The notes beneath the pieces were generated by a model that had not been told where the DNA came from, ran no database searches, and worked only from the letters and a program-made list of their open reading frames with translations. A stretch of 64,000 nucleotides of DNA from the human T2T-CHM13v2.0 reference genome, Homo sapiens. Below, in pieces: positions 30,327 through 47,406 of the stretch. The translations under genes were made by a program, and so were the position numbers. The stretch lies in assembly GCF_009914755.1 (NCBI RefSeq), contig NC_060929.1, one strand, 5' to 3'. Every line of letters starts with the position of its first letter. Positions within the stretch are counted from its first letter, which is position 1.

Positions 30327-30767
30327 TATTCGGAGCCGAAAAGGCCAAAGGGATCGTGACCAACTCAGCATTCCACTGGAGGCTATATGATCAAACAGCA
30401 AACTGTTTATCATGAATGCAGGATGTGAGCAAACTCACGGCTGTGCCTGCCACCAGAAGGTTTGCTGAGGGCAGTCAGCCCCTGGCGCTGGGCTCCTTGA
30501 GGTTATCTACTGGGACATCTAGAGCTTACTGTTCGAGGAACGCAGTCTTGCAAGCCTACTCTGGACTGAGCAGCTGACCTCTTCTTCCACCCCCCTTCTT
30601 GCTATCTCTTTTACCAATGAATACGAAGGGCAGTGGAAAGTCTGGGCCCTTGTCCACTGGAGGCAAGGTGCCCCTGACCCCTTCTTCTAAACATACTCTT
30701 TTGTCTTTGTCTTTAGTCCCCCGTTTGCCCTGCTTTGTTCGGTCCCCCAAGGTCTGTGCAGGTTATG
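30327..30767 (+). mobile_element. HERV-K (HML-6) solo LTR, LTR3-type
   Basis: gagccgaaaaggccaaagggatcgtgaccaactcagcattccactggaggctatatga; 441 bp; perfect 6-bp TSD tttagc (30321-30326, 30768-30773), the length expected for betaretrovirus-like ERVs. Confidence 0.78.
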
Positions 30768-30987
30768 TTTAGCAACCACCACCCTGATCAGTCAGCAACC
30801 ATCAACATCAAAGCAAGACCCTCTACCAGTAAAAAGATTAAAACTCACTGAAGGCTCAGATGATCATTAGCATTTATTAGAAATAAACAATTTTCAAATT
30901 AAGGTATGTATATTTTTTAGACATAATGCTATTGTACACTTATTAGACTACAGTATAGTGTAAACACAACTTTTTATATGTGCTGGG

Positions 30988-31542
30988 TATATTAGTCAGC
31001 ATTCTCCAGTGGGACAGGACTAATAGGATATACGTATACATGAAAGGGAGTTTATTAAGAAGAATTGACTCCATGATGACAAGGTAAAGTCCCACCATAG
31101 GCCATCTGCAAGTTGAGGAGCAAGGAAGCCAGTGGTAGATCAGTCCGAGTCCCAAAACCTCAAAAGTCGGGAAGCCAAAGATGCAGCCCTCGGTCTGTGG
31201 CCAAAGGCCCGAGAGCCCCTGGCAAACCACTCTTGTAAGCCCAAGAGTTCAAAAACTCAAGGCCTTGGAGTTTGATGTTTGAGGGCAGGAAGCATCCAGC
31301 ACAGGAGAAAGATGAAGGCTGGAAGACTCAGCAAGTCAACTCTTCCATCTTCTCCTGCCTGCTTTATTCTAGCTGTACTGGCAGCTGATTAAATGGTATC
31401 CACCCAGATTGAGGGTGGGTCTGCCTCTCCCAGTAACTGACTCAAATGTTAGTCTCCTTTGGCAACACCCTCACAGACACACCCAGGAGCAACTTTGCAT
31501 CCTTCAATCCAATCAAATTGACACTCAATATTAACCATCACA
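30988..31542 (-). mobile_element. HERV-L solo LTR, MLT2A (MLT2A2-like)
   Basis: attagtcagcattctcca...caagttgaggagcaaggaagccagt...caatattaaccatcaca; 555 bp; perfect 5-bp TSD ctggg. Confidence 0.88.
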
Positions 31543-32395
31543 CTGGGAAACTAAAAAATTAGTTTGACTTGCTTTATTGCAATCTTTGCTGTATTTCTGT
31601 GGCCTGGAACTGAACCTACAGTATCTCTGAGGTATATCCTTACTATAATTAAAGTGTAACACAAAACAAAAGGGCCCTTTCTTTAAAGTTCCAATCCCTG
31701 CTGGATATGTAGCTGATTGACATCAGGAAAAAAAAAAAAAAAGTTGGATCACATTTTTTTCTCTGTTTTATGCATAGCTAGTGGAAAATACAAGTTAACA
31801 TAATAACCCTGTGTCAAGACTCAAACACAGGATAGTTTCTAACATTAGCAGCCTCCTTAAGCACAATACCAACAAATTTTCCTGATTACCATAGCTGACA
31901 TCCGCTCACTTTGTACTTTTTACCAAGGAAGAAGAGAAAGGGAAAGAGAACAAAGAGAGGAATAATTAACCCAGTGTAACTGGTTAGGAGCATTAAAAAC
32001 ATTTAACTTTTTAAATATATGGCATACTTAATGTTATTTTATTAATTTTCGGTTGTGGAAGAAAAGAAATTTAATATATACTTAAGAGACAATTCTTTTA
32101 TCCTGAATATGTTTTGTTAACGTAAAAGGTGTTGAAGTCCTAAGCAATTTTTAAATAATAACATTTTCTGAAATCTTGTTTATGGTCTCAATTTGCTGAG
32201 CAAACAGTTTTTTGACACATAGTAAAAAGTCAACAATAATAGAATAAACTGAATTATAAATTTTGAGGAATATAGTTAGTATGATGATACAGCACTTTAT
32301 CTCGAAAACAACTGCACTTTTCCTAAACCAACTGTAACAAATACCTCTCGTGCCCCATGTCAACCTGAGAAGCCCACCTCCGACTTCAGCTGCAT

Positions 32396-32848
32396 CTGTG
32401 GTGGACAGTCTCATGTAAACTCAGATTCAGCTAACACTGATAGGGCTCCATGTAGAGTACCTGGCACATCTTTCCTGTTTCTGCCCCAGGACCTCCTCCA
32501 GTGCACAACAGCCTCCACAGCCCACCTGTAAACACAGTCTGGGTGGATGAAGGTATATAAGCCCCAGCAGCTTTCTGCAGCCAATGAGGGATTGAATGAA
32601 TGCCAATGGTGAGTAAATGCTACCATTTTTCATTCCTCGTGGGAGGACTATTTAGAGAGGCATCTTGAATGTTCCTCAGAAGATCTCAAGGAAATCTATC
32701 CCCTGTTACACACAGGGACACCCCAATAATGCCCCCTTATCTTAGTTCTTCATTTTTCTCTGTTGCACTCTCCCCGTTCCTTCACTCTTACTTCCCATAT
32801 CCAAGTCATCATCTCAGGCTCTGCTTTGGAAGAACCCAAACCAACACA
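32396..32848 (+). mobile_element. LTR16-like ERVL LTR
   Basis: cagccaatgaggga...tgagtaaatgct...tctcaggctctgctttggaagaacccaaaccaacaca. Confidence 0.6.
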
Positions 32849-32889
32849 GCAAGGTTACAAAGAATCAAAAATACTGTCTCCATCTACTT

Positions 32890-33107
32890 CAGAGTTTCTC
32901 AGCTTGAGCACTGTTGACATTTTGGGCTGGATAATTCTTCGTTGTAGGAGGCTATTCTGTTCACTGTAGGATGTCGAGCCACATCCTGGTTTCTAACTAC
33001 TAAAATGCCAGCAGTATCCCTTCCCATATTTGTGACAAACAAAAATGTCTCCTAACATTATCAAATGTCCCGTGAGAAACAAAATTGCCTTCCACTGAGA
33101 AACACTG
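32890..33107. mobile_element. MER20 hAT-Charlie MITE
   Basis: cagagtttctcagc...gcactgttgacattttgggctggataattctt...tgagaaacactg; 218 bp; partial 8-bp TSD atctactt/atctaagt. Confidence 0.85.
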
Positions 33108-33652
33108 ATCTAAGTCCTTAAACAGGCCAGAGTTAGCTGTTCTCTAAGTCTGCACTAGCAGAAACAGAAGCAGATACATTTGTGTATGATGGGGGCCAAG
33201 TACCAAAAAATAAATCAAAGTTCAGAAAGTAGCATTTCAATGTAGTGATAACAGAAATGAAATAACAATATTTTTATTTTGTTTGTTCATTCTGACTAAA
33301 CTGAATTAAATATTCAGCAGTCTATTTGCCTGCTAAATTACCAGTGCAAGTTTATTACATGGCATAAATTGTCCTCAATGATTTTACTTCTTCCTACCTC
33401 TACAGTTTTCTCTCTTAACACTGCACACCTGGTTCTCAATAAATGTTTAGCTTGCTGAATGAATAAGCCTGAACACAATCCCATCAAACATGGATATATA
33501 CAAATGCTAAACCTGAAGGCAGAAAACAAACCCAGTCTTCCCATTCTGAGTGAGAACCTGAGCCAACAGCTCTCAGTCTGCTGGCCCAGAAACTTTTGCA
33601 TTGTAACCTAATCTGGACCTTAGCCTTGGAAATTCTGCACTTAGGTGAAAAG

Positions 33653-33784
33653 CAAGTGACCACATATCCCGGGGTGCTTGGAACACTCCCAGTTAATGCC
33701 TATTGTTTTTGAAAAATTATTAATAGCCTCCCCTTTCATTTTCAAAAGTGTCCTGGTTCAGATAATAAATTATATGGTTACACA
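33653..33784. mobile_element. MER94-like hAT-Blackjack MITE
   Basis: gtgaccacatatcccgg...aattattaatagcctcccctttcattttcaaaagtgtcctggtt...aaattatatggttac. Confidence 0.7.
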
Positions 33785-34451
33785 TTATTAATAAGTGTCT
33801 CGGGGGCAGAAACAGTACACATTCTCTGATAATGTTGTGCCCAGAATATTATAAACAAAGCTCTATACAAATGTATGCTATTGTTGTAATTTTTATGCAA
33901 CATCCTGGTATTAGTTTTATTTGTGGAAAAATAAAACCGATTGGAGGAGTTCCCTATCTCACTTGCAGCAGGAGGGCTAAGATCTGCTCAAAGCTAACAT
34001 GTAAGGTCTCAGTTTCTTTCACTACAAAATGAGACGGCTGAATTAAGTTATCTCTAAGGTCCACTTCAACTGAAAAAAACAAAAACAAAAAAACCTGCCA
34101 ACCACATCTTCCTTTTTCCTACACAGCACTTGAAATTGCACAGCCTCTCTAGAGATATCACTTCCCTTCAAACTGCCTGATTCTTTCCCCAGCCTTTTTG
34201 ACATTTAGCCTGAAGGGCCTCCCTACACAGAGGGGAATCTCAACCACAGAACTGTATTCTAAGAACAGCTCTAAATTTGAGATTTTGCACATTTTTGCCC
34301 TTCTTTGCTTTAAATTCAAGACCTATTTTTAAGTCTGACATACTACACACCTCTGAGTTTACTAAGATTCAGCTCAGGGATGTTCAGCCTTGTCTGTGCC
34401 TTGACAATTTTTTCTCTTGCTGTCATCCAGTTAAGAGTATATACCACTGTG

Positions 34452-34779
<328 letters not shown>

Positions 34780-35199
34780 GTATACCACTTGTGGACTACA
34801 GCACTTTTCCAGGCTGGAGAATATGGTAACAGGCTATCTATTCTAGTAGCTACTTCTATTTTCCTCTTCTTTGACACTTTCTTCCCTCTCATCCACTGTT
34901 TCTTCTTCTCACATGGCCCTTATGTCATCGAGGAAAACAATGTTATAAATTGAGTCTCACTTAGGTATAAAATACTTAATATGCTATTTTCCCCCAAATG
35001 TTTATATTTGAAAAGAAGGTAAAAAAGAGCAAAATGCTTAATACTAGGACACTTACTGAAAACATGAAGATTATAATATATTGGCTCTATACATAGTAGG
35101 CTCTCAGTAAACACTAGTTGATATTCAAGTGAGGTCATAAAGAATGCAGGGAAATTTTTTCGGCAGAGGAAGGTGGACTTTTCTCAGGCAGAAATTCCT

Positions 35200-36299
<1,100 letters not shown>

Positions 36300-36300
<1 letters not shown>

Positions 36301-36490
36301 CAAATCTCCTGCATAGAAGAATTTCAAATAATTGATGTCAATAATCTATCCTCAAGGAGGTGGAGCTTAACTCCCCATTCCTGAACTGTGGGATGCACAT
36401 AATGACATCCTTCCACATAAAGTATGAAATGGGGAATGGGGAGAGAGAGGGAATTACTACAGTGGAAAACTCTGACAAACTCCCTGGCAT
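36300..36490 (+). mobile_element. L1MC/L1MD-type 3'UTR fragment
   Basis: ctcaaggaggtggagcttaactcccc...tgtgggatgcacataatgac...acagtggaaaactctgacaaac. Confidence 0.55.
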
Positions 36491-36739
36491 GTTGCTCAAA
36501 AGTGCTTGCAGAACCAAAAATGTACAAGTGCTTTTATCAGTTTTTCATCCACTGTGTCCATAAAGTCTTGAAAAATGACTACTACTAAGTCTTTGGAAAC
36601 ACCTCCTCCCAGTATGCCAATGCAACTCCCTTCTTTCTAGCTACCAACACACCTGTAAACACAAACATACTCACACACTCACACCTTGTAGCTTAAAGAA
36701 AATTAATAAATATTTGATAAGACATACCCAGCAAGACCC

Positions 36740-37156
36740 TGTGTTAGTCCATTTTTGCATTGCTATAAAGAAATACTTAGGGCTCAGTAATTTATAAAGA
36801 AAAAGGTTTAATTTGGCTCACAGTTCTGCAGACTGTAACAGAAGCATGCCACTGGCATCTGCCTCTGGTGAGGCCTCAGGAAGCTTACAATCATGGTGGA
36901 AGGTGAAGGGAGAGCAGGTGAAGTCATGTGCTGAGAGCAGGAGCAAGGGTGAGGGGAGATGCCACACTCTTTTAAACAACCAGGTCTCCTGTGAACTCAG
37001 AGTCAGAACTCACTCATTTACCATGAAGATGTCACCAAGCTATTGATGAAGGATCCACCCTCATGATCCAAACATTTCTCACCAGGATCCACCTGCAACA
37101 TTTGGGATTACATTTCAACATGAGATTTGGAGGGGACAAGCATCCAAACTATACTA
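36740..37156 (-). mobile_element. MaLR solo LTR, MSTA/MSTB-like
   Basis: tgtgttagtccatttttgcattgctataaagaaatac...gagatttggaggggacaagcatccaaactata; TSD gaccc/gactc. Confidence 0.87.
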
Positions 37157-37360
37157 GACTCCAATCCTATTGCTCATTGATTTGTATTTTTAATGTATAG
37201 CGTATATGCATTTAAAAAATGAAGAAAGCAAGAACAACAACAAAAACAAAGCAAATAGCCAAGAAGACAAAACTACTATCTTATACCTTCCTATAAGAAT
37301 AAATGATATAAATAGACACTTTAACCATGTCCACAATTAAATTCATCCTTCATAAATATT

Positions 37361-37861
37361 TGCTGTGGTTTGAATGATGATGTTCTTTACAAAATTCTCA
37401 TTGAGACTTCATCCCAATGCAACAGTATTAAGAGGTGTGGCCTCTGAGGGACAATTAAATCATGAGGGCAGAGCTCCCTCATGGGCTCAACATCTTTATA
37501 AAAGGGCTTGAGGTTGAAGAATGGGATCAACCATGAGCAGAGCCCTCATGGGATCAGCACCTTATAAAAGGGCTTAAGGTTGAAGAATACACTGTCTTGC
37601 TCTTCTGCCATGTAAGGACACAGTGTTTGCCCCCTTTTTGTTCTTCAGCCCCTTCTGCCATGTGAGGACACCTGGGCAGCAAAAGCTGTAAGGAATAGAT
37701 TTTGATTTTATGTCTGTTGAATACATTTCAACTGACATAAAGCCTGCTGGCACCTTGATCTTGGACTTCACAGCCTCCAGAACTACGAGAAGTAAATTTC
37801 GGTCCTTTGTAAATTACCCAGTCTATAGTATTTTGTTATAGCAGTAAAAAGGATGAAGACA
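37361..37861 (+). mobile_element. MaLR solo LTR (MSTC/MSTD-like) with internal duplication
   Basis: tgctgtggtttgaatg...cagcctccagaactacgagaagtaaatttc...gaagaca; TSD atatt/gtatt. Confidence 0.75.
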
Positions 37862-37869
37862 GTATTCTT

Positions 37870-38650
<781 letters not shown>

Positions 38651-38999
38651 CAGATGGCATAAGGCCTTACGTGGTAAATGGCCCTTTAGAAACTTGCATT
38701 GATGTTAACCCTCTGCAAAAGGGAGAGGCTTGAAATAAAGTAAAAACAAAAAAGGAATAGAAGGAAGAAGAAGAGAGACAAAAATCACAAGATGATATGC
38801 AGATTTGCTTCTTTGTTGTTAGGGGGTACGCTATTTTAATTTCAAGAAGAAATTTGAAGTCTCTTACTCTCCTAAAAAAAAAAACTCTCAAGTCATCATG
38901 TTATCATTCTTTTTTTCTGCCACCATTCAAGTGATCTACATTTGCCCTTATTTCTCCTTCATTCTTCAATCCAGAAAAGTCTAGCTTCTGCTGCTGTAA

Positions 39000-40420
<1,421 letters not shown>

Positions 40421-40640
40421 AAATTATTCTTGAATTTAAAAAAAGAGACTGGGAAATGAGGTGAAAATGGGGAAAGTCGCAAAGCAGAATCAGGAAATAG
40501 GAGAAATCAAGATGGCAAAGAGATCTGCAAAATAGGCAGAGAAAAGTACCACAGGATTCAGAGAGCTCAAGCAGCAAATAAGAAGTGTTTGAATCCACGT
40601 CTCTATGTTTTGTCCACAGTTCTTAGAATCCACAGATACA

Positions 40641-40913
40641 GGCCAGGCACTGTGGCTCACACCTGTAATCCCAGCACTTTGGGAGGCGGAGGCGGGCAGA
40701 TCACTTGAGACCAGGAGTTCCAGGCCAGCCTGGTCAACGTGGCGAAACCCTATCTCTAAAAAAAATACAAAAATTAGCCGGGCATATGTGGTCCCAGCTG
40801 CTGGGGTGGGGATAGGGGAGGTGGGGGCTGAGGCAGGAGGATCACTTGAGCACACCACTGCACTCCAGCCTGGGTGACAGAGAGATCTTGTCTCAAGCAA
40901 ACAAACAAACAAA
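40641..40913 (+). mobile_element. Old Alu (AluJ-like) with a rearranged right arm
   Basis: 14-bp TSD aat(c/g)cacagataca; G-rich expansion at 40803-40827 and a ~35-nt deletion. Confidence 0.88.
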
Positions 40914-41289
40914 AATGCACAGATACAAAGCACCTATGGATCTTCCTGCTCCTGCTCACCTCTACACTATGCCTGATATGCCTGAGACAGAAAAAAGTTG
41001 GGATAATTTTAATGTACCAGTTCATTTAAAATATTTTTATTTTCCTCTTACATGACAATTTTGCTCCCCTGCATATACCATATTATATGGGTACTGGTAT
41101 GGGTACTTCACAGTTCATGAAGCATTGACCTGTCATTTCACCGATTCTCATAGCAGTCTTTCCAGCCTTTGGTTTTACTTAGATGTTTTTTCTTTCACTA
41201 TTCCACTGCCTCCTATAACTATGAAAGGTCACTTACAATATCACTTAGGCAGAGAAAAATGCCATCTGTGCCTCTGTGGTTTAATATAG

Positions 41290-41610
41290 ATGCACTGAAG
41301 ACTGCATACTGGGGCACTGGGTTCTGATGCTGGCTTTGCCAACCTTGAGCTAAGTGTCACTTCACCTTCAGTGTCTCAGTTTAGGTATCTGGAAATCAGG
41401 GAGGCTTGACCAGATCGGTGGCTTCCATACCTGTGTAGACATCAAAACTGTTTGGAGGCTCTAATAAATCTAATTATCTAGACTCTCTCCAGAATATCTC
41501 AGGGATGATGACCAGAAATCTATATTTTAAAAGCACTTAAGGTGATTCTGATGAGCAGTCAGGTCTGGAAATATACAAGCCAGATGATTTCTGAAGTTCC
41601 CAGCTGGCTC
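41290..41610 (+). mobile_element. MIR with nested MER5-type MITE (~41416-41576)
   Basis: MIR core gtgtctcagtttaggtatctggaaat; MER5 motif aaatctatattttaaaagcacttaaggtgattctgatg. Confidence 0.5.
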
Positions 41611-41804
41611 AAAAACTATTAATATATTTCTCTTTTGTAGTCATTGATATTTGTGCAAATCAGTCTTTAAACCCAGACACTGGGTTCCTCTATGTAGCAC
41701 AGAGAAAGCAGAGTTGAGATGGTAAGATAAGCAAAACCTCAGGATTAATGGCTTTGTTTATATTCTAAGCCAACAGGTTTAGAGAGGTTTTCTTTTCATT
41801 ATTT

Positions 41805-42329
41805 TCCAACAGCAGCTTCTTACTGAGTATATACCTAAAGGAATATAAATCATTCTATTATAAAGATACATGCACACTAATGTTCATTGCAGCACTATTC
41901 ATAATAGCAAAGACATGGAATCAACCCAAATGCCCATCAGTGATAGACTGGATAAAGAAAATGTGGTACATATACACCATGGAATACTAGGAAGCCATAA
42001 AAAGGAATGAGATCAAGTCCTTTGCAGGGACATGGATGAAGCTGGAAGCCATTATCCTCAGGAAACTAATGCAGGAACAGAAAAACACTGCATGCTCTCA
42101 CTTATAAGTGACAGATGAACAATAAGAACACATGGACACAAGGAGGGGAACAACACTTAGTGGGGCCTGTTGGGGGAGGTCAAGTGGGGGAGATCATTAG
42201 GGAAAAGAGCTGATGCATGCTGGGCTTAAGACCTAGGTGATGGGTTGTTAGGTGCAGCAAACCACCATGGCACATATTTACCTATGTAACAAAACTTCAC
42301 ATCCTGTACATGTACCCTAAAACTTAAAA
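41805..42329 (+). mobile_element. L1PA (PA11-13-like) 3' end
   Basis: ggaatataaatcattctattataaagatacatgcac...ggtgcagcaaaccaccatggcac...aacttaaaa. Confidence 0.88.
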
Positions 42330-42499
42330 CACACACACACACAACTCACATGTTTTCTGTAAGAGTCTGACTGTTATCAACAACATAAGGGTTTATTATT
42401 ATTATTTTCACTTGCTAGTATTTCCTATTGGTCTCCAAGAGCCATCTAAAAATTACTGAAGACATTCAGTGTCTTCCGTCTTCCTTAATAGATTACATA

Positions 42500-42949
<450 letters not shown>

Positions 42950-43374
42950 TTAGTTCAGGTACAGATTTCCAACCTCTGGAAAGCCAAACGAATAGCCCAA
43001 CTCAAAAAAAACGTAATGTATAACTCACAAAATTAATTTATTACAAAGCTAAATTACTGATACATTGAGGAGCATAGCATACCTTAGAACTGTAGAACTT
43101 GAGAACTTTAAAGACTACCAAGAGTTACATAAATGCAATTAATCAATTATAATCTTTTATTTATTTCTTTAAGTCACTGATTATACAGTATAGGATTTGG
43201 CTTAAGACAAAGTCTCAATGTATGTCACTGGAGACTTCCCTAGATTCATATTGACCAATGACTTTCTAGGCTAGTGATTTAACCAACCATAAATCCACTC
43301 TGTATTTCCTTATCTGATTCACAATTATGTCATGAGAAATAATCATATGTCTTTCTGAAATCATAATACTCAAT

Positions 43375-43760
43375 ATTCACTTAGTTGCTGAACAAAAATT
43401 TGTTGAGCACTTACTATGAGTTAGGAACCTGAAAGATGACTATGATAGCCTATACCTGCTTTGAATGGTCTAAAAGGGAAGACATAAATAATTTTGATAG
43501 TGCAATTAGTGCAATCAAAACCAAAAATTTACAGGGTGTCAGGAATAACTTTATGACAAAGGAGATATTTGAGCTGAGTCTTGAAAAATAAGTAGGAGTT
43601 TGCCATGTGGCCAAAGGAGGGAAGAGCTTCCAAGCAATGAAAGCATCAAGGAATAAAGATACTTGATGATAGATTGATGAAATTTTAAGTAGTTTGATAT
43701 GACTTGGAGTGAAGAGCTTTAAAAAAGTGGTGGGAGACACATTGGGAGAGATAATATAAG
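43375..43760 (-). mobile_element. L2 relic
   Basis: aatttgttgagcacttactatg...gagatatttgagctgagtcttgaaaaataagtaggagtttgcca. Confidence 0.65.
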
Positions 43761-44475
43761 GCAGGAGACGGCCAAGAATAGCTGGACAGCATTTTCACTA
43801 CAGTTTTTTGTGTGTTACACTCTGATACCTTCTTTCTCTGTCTGGCCTTTCTGGCCTTATCTTGAGAATGAGTTTTAAAACCCCTAAAACATTAGCACAT
43901 TCACTACAAACAGTTTCTTCTTGGCCTTCCAAAAACACTTTATCACTTTTCATCCTCCAGTATTTTGGTCAAATTTTTTTTTATTATTATTAATTCCTCT
44001 AAATAATCAGGGTCCACTCTCTATACCCTATTTCTTTTTAATTCTACCTATCTCTCCCATTTCTCTGTACAAGTTCTTTAGTTTTCTCAAAAAGAATGTC
44101 AAAGCCAGTTAAGATTCATTTTAGGTTTCTTATTGACCGCATTAGTATTCTAAAGACAATAAGTGCCAATTAGGTAGCTCTTGGTAGAGTTTTAGACATA
44201 TTCCATAATAGTTGTGCTTTGGTACTTAATTAAAGTTTAGATTTTGATAGAAAAGAGATTGAGTAGAAAAACATCTTTTAATTCAGCTGATTATATTTCT
44301 TAGGAGCCTAGCTGTTAAAATCTCAAGGTCCTATTATAGGTACTACCAGCCTTTGGTTATCTTTTATATGAATGGCATCATTTTAGAAGGAAATAGGTAG
44401 CCGTGGAAGTGCTGGGATTTTACAAAACTAAAAATTATACATTAACACTAATTTTCCACTCAAAGTTCCAAAGCG

Positions 44476-44523
44476 CACACACACACACACACACACACAC
44501 CACACACACACATACACACACAC
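44476..44523. repeat. Interrupted (CA)n microsatellite
   Basis: CA run with one phase slip and one TA interruption. Confidence 0.92.
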
Positions 44524-45285
44524 TTTGGTCCTGAACAAATGTGTTGCCATCTGCAGGACTCAAAAGCTAGCAGGTCCAAGCATAAAGCATATTCCCTTCC
44601 TAACCCTCATATACACTCCACTAAAAATGACCAATGCTCTTCTTTTACAAATTTGAACCATATAAACAAATTGAGGCTGTATGTGAGCTGAGCTTAGCAT
44701 GGCTGAGCAAGTTCTATGTTCTAAAACTCTCCAGGGTTGGCTTGTGCTATTTTTCATGACACAGATTAGGACAACTGAGTGAGCCCGTCTAGTAGGGCAG
44801 TGATGGTAGGCCCGGACTCACTTTGCTTCTGACCTTTGTTTGATCTGGCCTGCTGCCTTCCTTAAAATCATCTATTTGTTTATGCTTTTTCCTAATCCTC
44901 TTTTGTTGGGGCAACCAAAAAGTTTTAGCCCAGGGAATCTATAAAATTCAAATATACATTTCAAATAATGTTTCAATTTTTTAATTCAAAAGATAATCAC
45001 CCTAGGTAAAGGAGTTCTGGAATTTCTGATTTGAAAATAAGTAAATGTCTTGTTTGTTTCCTAGCACTCTGTCTCATAACAGGTCTCTGCTGCCAATAGA
45101 GAATGATCACATCAGAACCAAATCCATCTATCCTCAAGTAACAGACATTGGCAGACACTCTACATTCTGGGACTGTTTGTCAGCCTTTGGCTGGTAGTAT
45201 TTAAATTCTGATTCAAACTGGCTGCTCCAGAGATAAGATTTACAATTCCACAATCATTCAGATGGGCTCTGATTCCTCTAATATA

Positions 45286-45313
45286 GACAGGCAGACAGAC
45301 AGACAGACAGACA
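45286..45313. repeat. (CAGA)n tetranucleotide repeat
   Basis: gacaggcagacagacagacagacagacag. Confidence 0.85.
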
Positions 45314-45982
45314 GGGAAAAGGAACAGAATGGTAGAGCAATGAGTGAGAAAGAGGGTTTAAAATTTAATGGAAAAACACACACACAGACACATGCATGCA
45401 CGTATGCAGAGAGTACATATATATCTCTTCCATTTATTCAAGCCACCATAAGTTATCCAGGTTGCACTGTCTCAGAATGAGGTCACAGAGTAATGTAGAT
45501 TCTACAGCTGCAGCAGAAATTTAGTTTGACTATTTTTTTCTTAAAAAACAATTTGTGGAATTTATCCCAATAAATATGACATATTTACCAGTAGAAATAG
45601 GAATGTAAATTTAAACTTTATAGCTCATATCATCTTAAATGTATAGAGTTTCACATTCTTTTTGTGTATTTTTTCATTAGAGTGATTTTTATTATGAATT
45701 ATTGTTAGCATTATGATAATGCACATTTGGACAAATGCAGAGTATGCATGCCACATTGCCTGCTTTGGAGTGCACTGATCCTGTATAAACTGGTTTAATG
45801 TTCGAGGGCAGCACATTATACTAAGAGAAATCGGTCTCCTTCTCCATCAAGTACATTAATATCCTCCTCTTTGTATTAGGCCTTAGATGTTCAGCTGCTC
45901 TTCTATTTGTCACTGTTTTCTTTTGGAGCTTCCTTAGGTGGGGGGGCAGCGGAAAGATAACTAGTTAAAGTAACAGAATTTC

Positions 45983-46176
45983 TTTCTTTTTTTTTCCAAC
46001 TTTTATTTTAAGTTCCAGAGTACATGTGCAGGATGTGCAGGTTTGTTACACAGGTAAACGTGTGTCATGATGGTTTGCAGTACAGATCAACCCATCCCCA
46101 AGGTATTAAAGCACAGCATCCATTAGCTATTCTTCCTGATGCTCTCCTTCCTCCCACCCCCCATAGGCCCCAGTGT
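45983..46176 (-). mobile_element. Short L1PA (PA11-13-like) 3' end
   Basis: acttttattttaagttccagagtacatgtgcaggatgtgcaggtttgttaca...ggccccagtgt. Confidence 0.85.
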
Positions 46177-46959
46177 AATCGAGTTTCAGTGGTATTAAAT
46201 GAAAGGCCACTCCTGTCTATAATGATACTATGCTTAAAAGTGAGAGATCCTAGGATCACTGATCTCTTTACTGGTGTCTCACTTTGAACTATGTCACAAT
46301 GTGTTCCCAGGATATCTCACCAGTCATTTGGGTTAGGGTTAGGTCAAGACTCTTAGCCCTCTCTGTAAAAACATCCTTTCCCTAACCCCTTACCAGAGTG
46401 TTAACTTTGCACCATTTCCCCCATTTCCACTAAGTACAATATAGCACTCCAGGTCTCTGCTTCAGGACCGTACCCTCTTTGAATTTGGGTCATTCTGTGC
46501 TTACTCTGCAACTGTTTCTTTGCCTTTAATTCCTGGCCTTACATGTCAAAAATTATTTCCTATATAACCCTAAAGTATCCTTCCTTGGCAATCAAACCAT
46601 CATGAAGTGACTTAAGAAACTTCTCCTTCCCTGGAATTAATTCTGTCTGAATTCTAGATGCAGACATCGGTCCTTACATTTGTTTTTTCCATATCCAATC
46701 AACTCCTGTGCATTCTGATTCTTTTGTCTGACTAAGCAGTCCCTAGTTTGCTAGTTAGTTCCTATGGCTAGTCAATGAACTCTAGATATGTCACATCTTC
46801 TCATCTCTTATTCTGGGCCCACTTTCTTAAATAACCATGTAGTCAGGATTCTACTGTTCCTCCTGCTGTTTGGCTACCTTTTCCCTTTTTCACATGACAG
46901 CTTCTCCAGATGCCTCCAACAGAATAATGAGTTCCCTTTCCTGCAACTGACTTACTCCC

Positions 46960-47352
46960 TGTTATGTACTGAATGTTTGTATCCTCCCAAAATTTATGTT
47001 AAAACCCTAAACTCTAATGTGATGGTATCTGGAGGTGGGGCCTTTGGGAGATAATTAGGTTTAGATGATGTCATAAGGGTGGGGCACCTATGATGGGATT
47101 AGCGCCCTTAAAAGAAGAGGAAGAAACTGGAGCTCCTCTCTCTCTCTGAGCACACAAAAAGAAGATGTCATGTGAACGCACAGCAAGATGGTAGCCACCT
47201 ACAAGCCTAGAGAAGAGACTTCAGAATGAAACCTATGTTGCTGGTACATTGATCTTGAACTTCCCAGCCTCCAGAGCTGTGAGAAATCAATTTCTGTTGT
47301 TTAAGCCACCCCGTCTATGGTATTGTTATGGGAGCGTAAGCAGACCAAGACA
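46960..47352 (+). mobile_element. MaLR solo LTR, MLT1A-like
   Basis: TG...CA, 393 bp; perfect 5-bp TSD ctccc. Confidence 0.87.
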
Positions 47353-47406
47353 CTCCCTTCAGCCTCTCCATTAAGAAAACCCTGAATGAATGCTTCTCTG
47401 CCTTAC

